64,000 bases of DNA from contig CBDCEW010000079.1 in assembly GCA_965215885.1 (NCBI GenBank), forward strand, positions 1 through 64,000. The letters run 5' to 3'. Below are positions 30,402 through 40,580 of the stretch, piece by piece. The first letter of the stretch is position 1. The number at the start of each line of letters is the position of its first letter. Both the position numbers and the translations under genes were made by a program. The notes under the pieces were generated by a model that was not told the DNA's origin, searched no databases, and was given only the letters and a program-made list of their open reading frames with translations. Source of the DNA: Candidatus Moanibacter sp. Lineage in GTDB: Bacteria > Verrucomicrobiota > Verrucomicrobiia > Opitutales > UBA2987.

Positions 30402-32741
30402 CTACGGGGCCCAGATATCCGCTACCGCGGTATCGTAATCGGATTTGGTCATATCCTGGAATTTGGTGCGGCGAAATGTGCGAGCGTTGGGTGAACCGGG
30501 AGGATAGACGCCGTTACGGAAGTTATCATTGAAGCCCCAGTCGCGTATAGGCGGGCTGTAGTAATGGCCGAAATCATTCGGCATGGCATCTTCATGCACC
30601 TCGCTCTCGAAGAGGGCGACAAGAGATCCTCGGATGGTTAAGGTAACACCGGACCATTTTTCCAGAAAGCGCGGGAAGTTGTGGGCGCCGCCGCTCTGCG
30701 TGCCGGAGGACGCGCCGGTCACCGGATCGTCCGGAATCGATGGCTTAAGACCGGTCAATATGGCAGCGGAAACTTCGGTGAATCCTTCGCTGGCTGCTTC
30801 GCCAGTGTCTTTAACCTTTCTTTGACTGGTATTGTTGTCATTGCTGTCCTCTCGGTGCTTATCGTCGGTGAACCACTCGTTGGAAAGAATAGTGACGGAG
30901 TCCGCAACGACGGCAGCGGGTGGTTCGTTGGCGTTGTCGAGCGTATTTGCGTCGTTGGTGTGGGAGGTTCCGTCCGCGTTATAATTGCCCGCGATATACA
31001 TAGGGCCGTTCGTAGCCAAGGTGAGCCCGATCTCAGAGGTGTAGGAAGGTCTCGGCAAACCATTATAATCGGAGGTGTCGCCATTTATCAGCTGCAGACC
31101 CAAAATCAGCTCGTTCGCAGCGCCAGTTGAATCGTCATACCTTCGGGCTTTGACAACCTTATCCACTCTTCCACCCGAATTGGCCACTGTTGGGTATTCA
31201 ACGTAGACGACGCCATTCCAGTCCGTAGATGGGACAAAATCCGCACAACCCCCACTACAAGGGCTTGTAGTGCCTCCATCGTCCCAATCTGTTTCCCAAT
31301 CCTCGGGTTTATAGCCACCCGAAGCCGTGTCGTCGACCAATTCAGTGAGACGATCGATGTTCAAAGAAAGCATAGCCTGCTCGACATTCTCCCGGTGGTC
31401 AAACAACCCACCGTCAACAAGGTTGCTACTATCCTCGTTGTAATTTTCAAAGAAAGCGGGGGCTTCAATATCGTCTCCACCGCTAGAGGCGTCACCGATT
31501 AATTTCTCGGGAAGATTGACTCGGATCATAACCGGGTCGCCGTTGGCGTCGAGGACGGGCGGGCTGGTCGGATCAAGCGGATTTGTTCGAGAATACTTGT
31601 AGGCCTCGACTTGGAAGGTACTCGGATCGGCACCGGCATTTTCGTTCACTTTAAGAATGAGCCCGGCCTTGAAGGCGAATTTTTCTTTGCGCACAGCCTC
31701 GCCCTTGAAATCCGCGTGGGTCGTTGAGAGAACCGGCTCGATAACGGCATAACCGTAATTCTCCAGTTCATTCGGAACGGTAAAGGGATCGTCGGGCACA
31801 TAGTCGGTGATTCCGATAGGATTGAGGGTGGGGACGCTGTGGTCGGCGTCCTGCACATTGCCGTCCCAACGCTGGGAAGCCAATTCCCGCCAGTCCGTAT
31901 CGCGATGATCGAGCCAGCTCGTGTCCAAAGTCCAGGTGCCGCCGTTATACATGTTCTGATCGGTGCCGGCGGCATCCTTGACATTAACGGTTCCGGATTG
32001 GGAGTGTCCTCCTGTTCTCTTGTTGCCGTGAAGGACCTGTCCCGCCGCGAAGACGCCTTCGTGAAAAGTGATATTGTTAGCGGCCTGGAGCCAGGCGTCG
32101 GTGTTGGAATGGACCGGACCGTAGAGATTCATGGCCGGACCGGGGTGGAGTTCCAGATCCATATTGTAAAAGATGGCATGGCCGAAAAGTGGGGCATCCC
32201 GCACCTGAAGCTTCTGCATTGTGTAAGCGCTGACATCGGTTCCAACTCCGTTCGATTTCGCGGTGGCCGTACCGTAGACCACGACGTCGCGCACGAAGAC
32301 CCGCTTGCCCTTAAGGGGATCGAATTCGTTGGCCGGATCGGAGGGGTCGATGTAGACCCATTGACCAGGCGGCACCTGGCCGCCGTGCAACTCCGCAGTG
32401 GCGGTGTCGATGTTGGTGGAGCCAAAGAACGTGGCGAAGGATGAAGGAAGCGCGAGCGGATCATTCTGCGGTGACAATTCGTCGAGGGCAAACGATGTCT
32501 GGCTACTGAATCGCTGAATGAGATCGGCGAATCCGTATTCCACGATCGACTCGGCGGCGTTTTTGGCGCTATGGCGGCGTATGTGTTGAATATTGATCCG
32601 TTTCTCGGTTATGCCCCAGCGCAGGGAGACCCCCATAACGGTGAGCAGGCCCACGCCGATCATCAGAATTGTCATGAGGGCGGAACCCTTGCGCGGTTCG
32701 CGAGGCCACGGACTTGTGATTTTGTTTTGTCTTGTATTCAT
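30402..32741 (-). CDS. PilX-like large minor pilin, copy 3
   Basis: Paralogue; likely start MNTRQNK at 32741, preceded by a short remnant of the PilW-like gene 3' end. Confidence 0.8.
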   Translation of the reverse strand: MNTRQNKITSPWPREPRKGSALMTILMIGVGLLTVMGVSLRWGITEKRINIQHIRRHSAKNAAESIVEYGFADLIQRFSSQTSFALDELSPQNDPLALPSSFATFFGSTNIDTATAELHGGQVPPGQWVYIDPSDPANEFDPLKGKRVFVRDVVVYGTATAKSNGVGTDVSAYTMQKLQVRDAPLFGHAIFYNMDLELHPGPAMNLYGPVHSNTDAWLQAANNITFHEGVFAAGQVLHGNKRTGGHSQSGTVNVKDAAGTDQNMYNGGTWTLDTSWLDHRDTDWRELASQRWDGNVQDADHSVPTLNPIGITDYVPDDPFTVPNELENYGYAVIEPVLSTTHADFKGEAVRKEKFAFKAGLILKVNENAGADPSTFQVEAYKYSRTNPLDPTSPPVLDANGDPVMIRVNLPEKLIGDASSGGDDIEAPAFFENYNEDSSNLVDGGLFDHRENVEQAMLSLNIDRLTELVDDTASGGYKPEDWETDWDDGGTTSPCSGGCADFVPSTDWNGVVYVEYPTVANSGGRVDKVVKARRYDDSTGAANELILGLQLINGDTSDYNGLPRPSYTSEIGLTLATNGPMYIAGNYNADGTSHTNDANTLDNANEPPAAVVADSVTILSNEWFTDDKHREDSNDNNTSQRKVKDTGEAASEGFTEVSAAILTGLKPSIPDDPVTGASSGTQSGGAHNFPRFLEKWSGVTLTIRGSLVALFESEVHEDAMPNDFGHYYSPPIRDWGFNDNFRNGVYPPGSPNARTFRRTKFQDMTKSDYDTAVADIWAP

Positions 32742-32865
32742 TGTTTTAACCTCTTGGTGATTCTGATCCCGAGAAATGAAGCGCGTCAGGCGATGGCTCA
32801 ACGCATGCAAAGCAGGGAAGCGAAAAGCCCTTACCGATTACGCAAAGAAACCTTCGAGCCCGCTT

Positions 32866-33333
32866 TTAAGAGTGTTTCGGAGAGGCTTTAACGGCCAACT
32901 TTTGAAATGGAATGTCGCTCCCAATTTCCTTCGCTTTTTCCGTTTCTCCCGATCCTCCGTCTCCACTCAGAAGTCTCTCAATTTCAGCGAGTAACAGTTC
33001 TATATCAACAATTGGCTTGCTCACGTAACCATTAAAACCTGCTTCTAAAAACCTTAATTCGTCCCCCACCAGGGCGTGAGCCGTCACCGCTATGCTTGGT
33101 ATTTTTTCAAACCTGTCCGTTTCCCGAATGGTTCTCAACAGCTCTACGCCATCCATACCCGGTAAACTTATATCCAGAAGGAAAATGTCAGGTAGCGTTA
33201 TGTCACGCTGTTCCAAATAAGAAAGCAGTGTTGGGCCGTCTTCAAACGATGTAACAGCGTAACTATCAGAGAGATAGTCATGGGTTAAGTCAGCGTTATC
33301 CCTGTTGTCTTCGACTAAATATACTTTCTTCAT
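32866..33333 (-). CDS. Single-domain response regulator (DivK/CheY-like)
   Basis: LVEDN, LLDISLPGMDG, AVTAHA, YVSKP. Confidence 0.92.
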   Translation of the reverse strand: MKKVYLVEDNRDNADLTHDYLSDSYAVTSFEDGPTLLSYLEQRDITLPDIFLLDISLPGMDGVELLRTIRETDRFEKIPSIAVTAHALVGDELRFLEAGFNGYVSKPIVDIELLLAEIERLLSGDGGSGETEKAKEIGSDIPFQKLAVKASPKHS

Positions 33334-33555
33334 TGAATCTCAGCAAAACCTGCCAGTCTTCCTTCGAATGACTCTTCGGCCATTTCCCACGATGATGAAG
33401 CGGTTTTTCTGTTCCCTCTTTTGTTGTTATCGAAAAAGATCACCTTACTAACCGGCCGATCGGCCACGAAGGCCTGGTGATTCAGCGCCTTGCCGATCCC
33501 GCCAAATGCTTATCTTTCTGAAAATATCGACTATTAAGCAGGTTCCGTTCCCACT

Positions 33556-33598
33556 AGAACCTTAAACCGCCCGCTCGAAAGGCTTTTCGAATGGGGTC
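33556..33598 (+). mobile_element. Solo right-end fragment of the IS5/ISNCY-like element
   Basis: AGAACCTTAAACCGCCCGCTCGAAAGGCTTTTCGAATGGGGTC is identical to 25964-26006. Confidence 0.85.
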
Positions 33599-33738
33599 AA
33601 TTCGTAATTGATTGATTATCAATTTTTTAAACAATTTTGACACTTTCCTTATAAACACTTTACACATTCAACGGGATGTTCGGAAAACGCCGCTTTATCC
33701 TGGGAGTTTATAGGACATTGGGTCCGACAGATTCCTAA

Positions 33739-35175
33739 TCAGGCGAGGTCTTCGCTTGCCGTGTCGGCCTCTTGGGGCACTTCGACGCACTGGATCGTGA
33801 AATCGAAAACGGAACCCTTACCGGGCTCGCTCCAGACGGTGATTTCGCCGCCCATCAACTCGACGAGATTTTTCGAGACGGCGAGGCCCAAGCTCATCCC
33901 GCCGTCCCCTTCGTCGGGGCCACTCTCCCTATGCGAGAACGGCAAGAAGAGCTCGGCCCGCGTTTTCTCGTCAATTCCGACGCCGGTATCCGTAACGGAG
34001 AATTTCAGGCCGGTGCCGCCATTTGTGCGACCGCCGGAATCCACATTGACTTCGATCCCGCCTTTTTTGGTAAATTTAACCGCATTTCCGATGAGGTTGT
34101 TAAGAATCTGCCACAAGCGCGTCGGATCTGTTATGACGAGCTCGGGAACATTATCCGCGATTTCACAGGAGAGGTTCAGCCCCTTTTCATTGGTATTCAC
34201 ACGCTGGAGTTCGACGGATTCTTCGACTAAATTGTGGAGGTTCAATTTCCTTTCTTCCAATTCCAACTGATTCGTTTCGATCTTGGAGAGTTCAAGCACG
34301 TTATCGAAAACGAGAAGCATATCCCGGCCGTTGCGATTGATTTTCTCGGCGCGGGAAACATGCTCCGAAGAAAGGTCTCCATGTGCGTTTTTCTTCAGGA
34401 TGTCGGAAAAGCCGATAATTGAATTCAGCTGGGTGCGCATCTGGAGACTCACGTTAGACATGAACTCGCGGCGCTCAGTGACAGCGGTGTCGGCCCTCTC
34501 CTGCTGGAGCAAGAGCGCCTTATCGAGGAGCCTTCGACTCTCAACTTCCCTTTTTAATGTGACCTTTTCACTAACGTTAATACGCTCCTGTTTTTCGTTC
34601 CGATCCGCAATATAGCCCATGATGAGCAAAAAAACAGCAAGAACGAGGACGCTATGGAAAAGGGAGTATCCGAAGTAAATAAAAACCTGCACGCACAGAG
34701 GAGAGACAGCAGACAGGAGAAACACCCAGAAAACCGGTAGAACCGGGGATAGAACCGACGAGGCAAGCGCGGTTACAGCGCCCGTAGCCAAAAGGAGGAA
34801 AACTAATTGAGCTGCATTGTCGTAGGGAAAAAACAAACCGCAGAACGCGCCCCAACCTGTCCCGATAAGAAGGCTGCCTAAGATAAGACCATTTACCCAC
34901 CCCCTGGCTTTCAGCTCTTTATCCGGATCCGCAAGCATCTTCCTCAGGATGAAATAGGAGGCCAGGCACACCACCCCCATGTAAAGCAACCAGGTGTAGA
35001 CCGCTCGCGGCGACCACTCCCTGGAAAACCAGATAGCGGAAAATAAGGAGATCGCTAAAAGAATAAGCACCCCCCTCCGGCTCTCCCGAATTACGGTTTC
35101 GACTTGAGCCGCAAAGAAAACTTCGCCAATGGGAGTCTCCTGAACGGGCCTTTGTTCTTTTTGTTTATTGGACAT
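33739..35175 (-). CDS. Membrane sensor histidine kinase (H-box His appears substituted)
   Basis: ~5-6 TM helices; FMSNVSLQMRTQLNSIIGFS H-box region; NLIGNAVKFT, DTGVGI and GKGSVF HATPase boxes. Confidence 0.88.
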   Translation of the reverse strand: MSNKQKEQRPVQETPIGEVFFAAQVETVIRESRRGVLILLAISLFSAIWFSREWSPRAVYTWLLYMGVVCLASYFILRKMLADPDKELKARGWVNGLILGSLLIGTGWGAFCGLFFPYDNAAQLVFLLLATGAVTALASSVLSPVLPVFWVFLLSAVSPLCVQVFIYFGYSLFHSVLVLAVFLLIMGYIADRNEKQERINVSEKVTLKREVESRRLLDKALLLQQERADTAVTERREFMSNVSLQMRTQLNSIIGFSDILKKNAHGDLSSEHVSRAEKINRNGRDMLLVFDNVLELSKIETNQLELEERKLNLHNLVEESVELQRVNTNEKGLNLSCEIADNVPELVITDPTRLWQILNNLIGNAVKFTKKGGIEVNVDSGGRTNGGTGLKFSVTDTGVGIDEKTRAELFLPFSHRESGPDEGDGGMSLGLAVSKNLVELMGGEITVWSEPGKGSVFDFTIQCVEVPQEADTASEDLA

Positions 35176-35250
35176 CCTGATTGGAAAATCTCGGTCGATC
35201 TCGATTGAGGGAGCAGCTACAGAATCTTGAATAAACCGTCTTCTTAAACG

Positions 35251-35416
35251 GTTTCATGGTTTAGACTTGAGATTTCGCTCGAAATCCCGCAGCACCGTAA
35301 TTCAGATTCGTGCTACTATATCGAAACCAAGTCGCCCTGTATTTTGCACCGCATAACATACAGGATGAGAAAGGAATATCAAGCATCAACTGGCTTCGGA
35401 CGATCGTTTTAGGATA
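35251..35416 (-). promoter_or_regulatory. Conserved upstream element, copy C (before the kinase)
   Basis: Collinear with 26064-26232 (ATGGTTTA..AGATTTCG..CACCGT..ATTTTGC..ATACAGG..TCAACTGGCTT). Confidence 0.55.
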
Positions 35417-35688
35417 AATTTACATATCCGTCATCATTTCGCGGCGAGACGATTCGGTCGACTGGGTGACTCCGAAGATCGGTTATAACGGCGGAAACTT
35501 TAAGACTATAAACGTAGGGATCTGTCGTACCCTGGGGTCCGTACGTGGTTAGCGTAATGCTTTCGACTGCCGGCTGCCCCGGTCTTGTGCCCATCGTTCT
35601 GAATTTCGGTTGGCACGCAAATTGCGTGGAGTTCTCTGGTTAGAGCATGAAGAAAATGGGGAGCAGAGGGAGGGCACTGGAGTCGTTG

Positions 35689-37541
35689 TCAGGAGGCAAT
35701 CCGATGGGGTTGCGGGTTTAAGGATTGATCCTGGCGATTACAGACTTCGAAGAGTTCCTCAAGGAAGTTTTCTTTTCGCAGGAGCTTTTTGGGCAATCGA
35801 CCCACGGCGAGGGTTTTTCTGTTCGCCCGCCAGTGACTGAAGGGGGGTGCTTTCTGTGCAGCCTGGGCAAGCTTTTGGGGCAGATTATCGATACTGCCTA
35901 AAACCAGCTCCACATAGCGGGGATTGTGTAAGTTGGCCAGGAGCATGTATTCTTCGGGGAGCGCTTCAAAGTCGCGCGTCAGATTTTTGCGCCCGTGGGT
36001 TTGACGGCGTTTGCGCTTGGAGGTGCGCCAGGTGCCTTCCAGCTCATTGGTCGTGCGTACGCTGTCTGGATGGGCCGGTGGGGGAAGCAGCCGCTGCCAG
36101 TATTTGTCCAGATGAGTGACCACGGTGCGGTAGAGTTTGGCTTTCGAGGGGTTGGTCAGGGAGGCGCCTTTTTGGCGATATTGGGCACGCAGCAACTGGA
36201 GAGCCTCGGTGAGCTCAGCGGCTTGTCCTGCTTGCAACAGATAAGGGTCGCTTAAAGGGCAGGGGCCGCTGGCGCTGAGCCAAAGGGCATCGCGCAAAGC
36301 GCTGAAAATGCAAAAAGCGTTTTCATAGATAGTAGCGGCTTCGATGACGAGGGCATCAGCCAGATACTGCTTCAACCCGGTCGAAAGATGAAAGAAGCTT
36401 CGCAGAACAGAGCAACTGGCAGGAGCGCGGGCAAGCCACTGCTCCAGGGCGGCATGGGCGCGCACGACCCGCCGATGCCAATAAAGCAGGTAAGGATCGA
36501 AGGGAAAGCCCTGGCGGTGACCGTCGCAGGGATAATCCAAAATCCACAATTGCAGGGCCATGAGCAGTTCCCGTGCAAGGGTGGGATCGAAGGGCACTGC
36601 GAGCGCTTTGGCGGTGAGCAAATCGGCCAGGACGAGGGCGTGTTTTTCACGGAGGGCGTCACGGAGCTTTGCGGTGATGTGTTTGCGTTGCTCGCGCATG
36701 CGCTCCATGAGCTTCAATTGCCGCAAGCGCCCGTTGAGCATCTGCTGGGGTTTTCGATAAAGCTGTTCGCCCACATTGCGGGCGAAATGATAATGGCAGA
36801 CGCCATGGGGGGCCTGGAAGGTTTCGCTCTCGCAGGCCTTGCTGATCTGAGCGCTTAAATCATGATAGACATGGTGGGGTTGGCCAAAAGCCCGGGCCGC
36901 CCGGGCAAAACAGCCACTGATCGTTTCGCTCTGTTCGGAAGGCATTTTCCAGCTGCCCAAAAGGATCCCTTCGTCGGCTTCCTGAACAGCGAAGAAAACC
37001 GGCGTCTGCGGTTCCACGGTCCCATCCACCAGCCAGCGCAGGCAAGGGCGAGCGCTCAGGTAATCTTTAAGCACCGGAGCGGCCGCGGCGTGCAGCCGAC
37101 CCAGATAAAAAAGAAACTTCTGCTGCATCTCATAGAGGCTGCTTTGAGCAATCTGCAGCTGCCCCGGGCCCTCGCGCAGTTCCCTGTGCACCTCTTTGAG
37201 GGTGGCGCTTTCGCACAAACATCGCTTGCCCACATAGGCAATCAGATCGTAAGCGTAGCGACTATGCGAGGGCACGATCTGTTCCAGGCGAGCAGAACGG
37301 TAGCTGTTGCGGTGGCTCCCTTGCCCCTGCTCGCGCACAACTTCCACCGCCTGGAAGCATCCATAGGAGAAACTGACCACCTTGCGGCGCAGGGTCTTGC
37401 GCACCTCTGAAGGACCCTCTTCGTCCTCCCGGGCATCGAAGCGATAACTCGTTTGCGCAGGCACAGCCCCCACCGTTTGCAGGGCCCGTTCAGCCTCTGC
37501 CCGCAAATCATGTAACAGCTCCGCTACCGCGATCGTTCCGG
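35689..37541 (-). CDS. Transposase catalytic ORF (orfB), probably reached by a -1 frameshift
   Basis: LVDGT, YHDL, CHYHF and RTTNELE motifs as in IS256/MULE-type DDE enzymes; frame is open back to the A9C run. Confidence 0.75.
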
Positions 37542-37820
37542 TTTTTTTTTGAGCGAGTAAAACGCCATCACCCGCTCAATTTGCTCCCCGCTCAGCTCTA
37601 CTCCCTGCTCTTGCATAAGCTCGACAAGCTCCTTGACCCCGGCCTCGGGATGGCCGATACAGGCGACCAGCAAAGCGATCACGACCATCGTTTCGAGCCC
37701 TTCGGGAGCTGCCTGCAAAGCGCCCCGGGGGTCCCCTGCCTGAACTTGTGCCGCTGTTCTTCGCCCTTGCCGCCGCTTTTTCTGTTCGGCCCCGCCCTGT
37801 TCCCCGGCCGAGACATACAC

Positions 37821-39737
37821 GAGCCCATTCGAAAAGCCTTTCGAGCGGGCGGTTTAAGGTTCTCCGCCACGGGCGGACCAGCCTATGGCTGGCAGGTTTC
37901 GGGTTTTAGGCTGCCGGCGCTGCCGATGAGCAGGTATTGAGCGGCCATCGGCGTGGCTTGCTGCACAATACGTATATTTGCCGCTGTCTGGAGGCATACT
38001 CATCCCGTGGTGCTTTTTTCTCTGAGCTTCAAAGCGGTCAGATTCAGGCTGCCTGTTCCAGTTCCTCCCCTCGGCGTTTCTTCATCAGTATGATGCGGCA
38101 GAAGTTGTAGGCCAGAACCTTCTCGAGCAGTTCATCGCCTACCGCATCGATGCCGCGGCGGCCGAGTTCGCCAAAGGCAAATCCATCTTTAATCGTGAAC
38201 ATCAGCGACTCCACTGCGGAGCGATCGCGGCGTGCCTCGCGATACGCCTCGCTCTCCCAGTCCTCGGGGGTGGTCAACTTCTTGCCCTTCGCCCCACTGA
38301 TACTGATCTGCTTTACCCCCATGCTCAGCACCTCCTTGCGTCCCTTCGCCGAAGCATATCCGTCATCGGTGCTGACCAGTTCAGCAATGACACCGGTGCG
38401 CTTGATCGAATCGCCGATGGCCGGCGCCAGCTCAATGGAGTCTGCCGCGTTGCCTTGCGGTACGATCAGGCTGGTGACAAAACCGTTTTCGCTGCGAACC
38501 AGTTGTGGCTTGTACCCGATCACTGGATTGCGGCTGCCCTTCTTGATGTAGGCCGCCGATCCGTCCGAGAGGCTCAGGACCTTCTGTGTGGACGGTAGCT
38601 TCTTTTCGTGAAACACCCGATCATGAGCATACTCAACAACCCGCTTGGCGTCGGCAATATCGCCCCTGATCTGGCTCAATGCCCGCTCCAGAAGCTCCCG
38701 GCGAGTGGGAGGCAGTGAATCCATCGACAGGCCCTCTTCAAGATGGCTCAGTTCCCCCGTTAGTGAGTCGGCCGCCTTGCGGCCCCGCTTGAGCAACCGC
38801 CGGTAGTGTTTCTTCAGCTTGCCCTTCGACTTCGGTTTGCCCGCGGCCAGACAAATCTGAAACTCCAGCTTGTCCATTTCCTCCAGCCAACGCCCAACCC
38901 ATCCCTTGCGAAAATCCTCCAGCCCGAAGACATGCAACTTCTGACCCAAACGATTGGCCCGCATCAAAAGACCGCTCAGAATCTTCCCATCGGTGGGCCA
39001 GCAGCTGTTTGCTTTCACCGAGGTGCTGTCGATCGTCAGCTTCCCGAAATCGTCCCATTGCTCCTGGAGGATAAACCCAATCTGTTTATCAAAGATCAAC
39101 TCGCGGGTCGTATGGCTGACCAGGTTCACGTTCTCCAGAATCGTCGTCACCGCCGGCATTCTCAGTCCCCCGCTCTGCAAAAATCCGTACAAGCTCATCG
39201 ACTCGCGCACAAACCGCCGTGCCGGTTTCGTGGTCAACGAACCCAGAAACCCTCGAATCATCACGAACACGTATACCGCATAAGCCGGCATCCGCGGCCG
39301 GCCTGCCCCAAGATTCAATTCAGCAGCCAGAATATTCTCCTCCTCGATGTCCAGCTCCGGCAGCTCCGCTGTGCGCCCTTCAAAGAACCTGCGATCTTCC
39401 AATCGAAGTTTCTTCTTCTCACGCGCATGGGCGTCCAGATCCTTCTCGATCGCCTCGATGATTTGCGCCGCGAACCCGGCCAATTCTTCAACTTCATCCA
39501 GAAAATCACGGAAATCCGTGTCTGGAACCGGCAGAATGAGGTTGCTAAGGGGCGTCTTATCGCTTTTGTTCTCCTCTGTCGCACATGTTGGCATGTTTAA
39601 CTCCTTTCTTAATCTTAGGTTGTTAAACACTAGCATGTTGCGACACTTTTTATCAAGCCAAAAAATGATTTTTCTCAAGTTTTTCTTGCGCCTTTTGCGC
39701 CTCTTTGCGGCCAATCAGTAGCTTTTCGGATAAGGTC
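37821..39737 (-). mobile_element. IS5/ISNCY-like element copy 4 (1917 bp)
   Basis: ATACAC duplicated at 37815-37820 and 39738-39743; one IR mismatch (GAGCCC). Confidence 0.95.
38044..39594 (-). CDS. IS5/ISNCY-like DDE transposase
   Basis: Intact ORF; AAGGAG RBS before ATG at 39594. Confidence 0.88.
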   Translation of the reverse strand: MPTCATEENKSDKTPLSNLILPVPDTDFRDFLDEVEELAGFAAQIIEAIEKDLDAHAREKKKLRLEDRRFFEGRTAELPELDIEEENILAAELNLGAGRPRMPAYAVYVFVMIRGFLGSLTTKPARRFVRESMSLYGFLQSGGLRMPAVTTILENVNLVSHTTRELIFDKQIGFILQEQWDDFGKLTIDSTSVKANSCWPTDGKILSGLLMRANRLGQKLHVFGLEDFRKGWVGRWLEEMDKLEFQICLAAGKPKSKGKLKKHYRRLLKRGRKAADSLTGELSHLEEGLSMDSLPPTRRELLERALSQIRGDIADAKRVVEYAHDRVFHEKKLPSTQKVLSLSDGSAAYIKKGSRNPVIGYKPQLVRSENGFVTSLIVPQGNAADSIELAPAIGDSIKRTGVIAELVSTDDGYASAKGRKEVLSMGVKQISISGAKGKKLTTPEDWESEAYREARRDRSAVESLMFTIKDGFAFGELGRRGIDAVGDELLEKVLAYNFCRIILMKKRRGEELEQAA

Positions 39738-40580
39738 ATACACGCAGTGACGCCCTTCATAGTATCGACTCAACCGCTTCTTTCTACAAAGCACGCTTAT
39801 GGGGTTGTGCACCCGTACCCCAGGGAGGGTCTCCAACTCAGCCACCGTGTAGCCGCAAAGCGAAGCTCCCACCACCGCCTCCACGGTCTCCTCCAAGGTG
39901 CCGTGGCGCGAAAAGCGCCCCTTGCGAAAACGCCACAAACCGGCCCCGTCAAAGCGCGGAATGTCTTTCAAGCTCAGGTAGCCACAATTGGCATTGTAAC
40001 TGGAGTAATGGCCATATTTTTGCAAAGCCCGATAGACCGTTCGCCGCGACACCCTCTGCTCCTTCATCAGCCTCCACACCGTGCTTACCCGATCCCGCCG
40101 TACCGCTTCGACCACCTCCCTCTCTTTACGCGAAAGCTCTTCTTGCATGCACCGGCACAGTATGGAAAGGAGGCAAAACTGCAAACTTTATTTTACATAC
40201 AATGCCAATACCAACTTTCTCCAGCTCCCTTCGCTTCTACTCAATTGCCACCAGAAATCAACTCCCCGTTCAAAGCGCTTTTGTAACTGATTAATACTCA
40301 ACAAGTTTCTAACTGAAAACAAACCTGCAGGAAAAGCTCTCTACCTCTAACGAACCCACACACAACAATCGTTGAAACTCCATTCTGGCATACTATGTAA
40401 TCAATAGAATCTTGCAAGTGCCTGAATAACATTTACTTTGGGTTCTCCAACCCAATTTCGTAATTATGGGCACAAGACCGGGGCAGCCAGCAATCCAAGG
40501 CACGCTAATCACATACGAAATCCGACAGATTACTTATTGACCAAATCGACCGCATCCGCCATGCATTTTTCTCTCTTTCC

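Larger units (their letters stand above)
37524..40148 (-). pseudogene. orfA of the same IS (HTH-like), split by IS copy 4
   Basis: 40148-39738 joined to 37814-37524 gives 233 aa (..GRHCVY|VSAGEQ..LKKKPERSR). Confidence 0.8.
35581..40479 (-). mobile_element. ~2.98-kb Mutator/IS256-superfamily-like IS carrying a nested IS copy
   Basis: 33-bp IRs GGTCTTGTGCCCATcgTTctGAAtTTcGGTTGG / GGTCTTGTGCCCATaaTTacGAAaTTgGGTTGG; two overlapping ORFs. Confidence 0.8.

Noticed and set aside
19663..32810. Diversity-generating retroelement or shufflon behind the pilin variants
   Set aside because: No reverse transcriptase, template repeat, adenine-specific mismatch pattern, recombinase or inverted cassettes; all copies are full-length and co-oriented.
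26064..35416. Sigma-54 promoter or known riboswitch in the conserved upstream element
   Set aside because: TAGCACG-N4-TGAA in one copy lacks the invariant GG/GC and is not conserved; no riboswitch consensus recognised.
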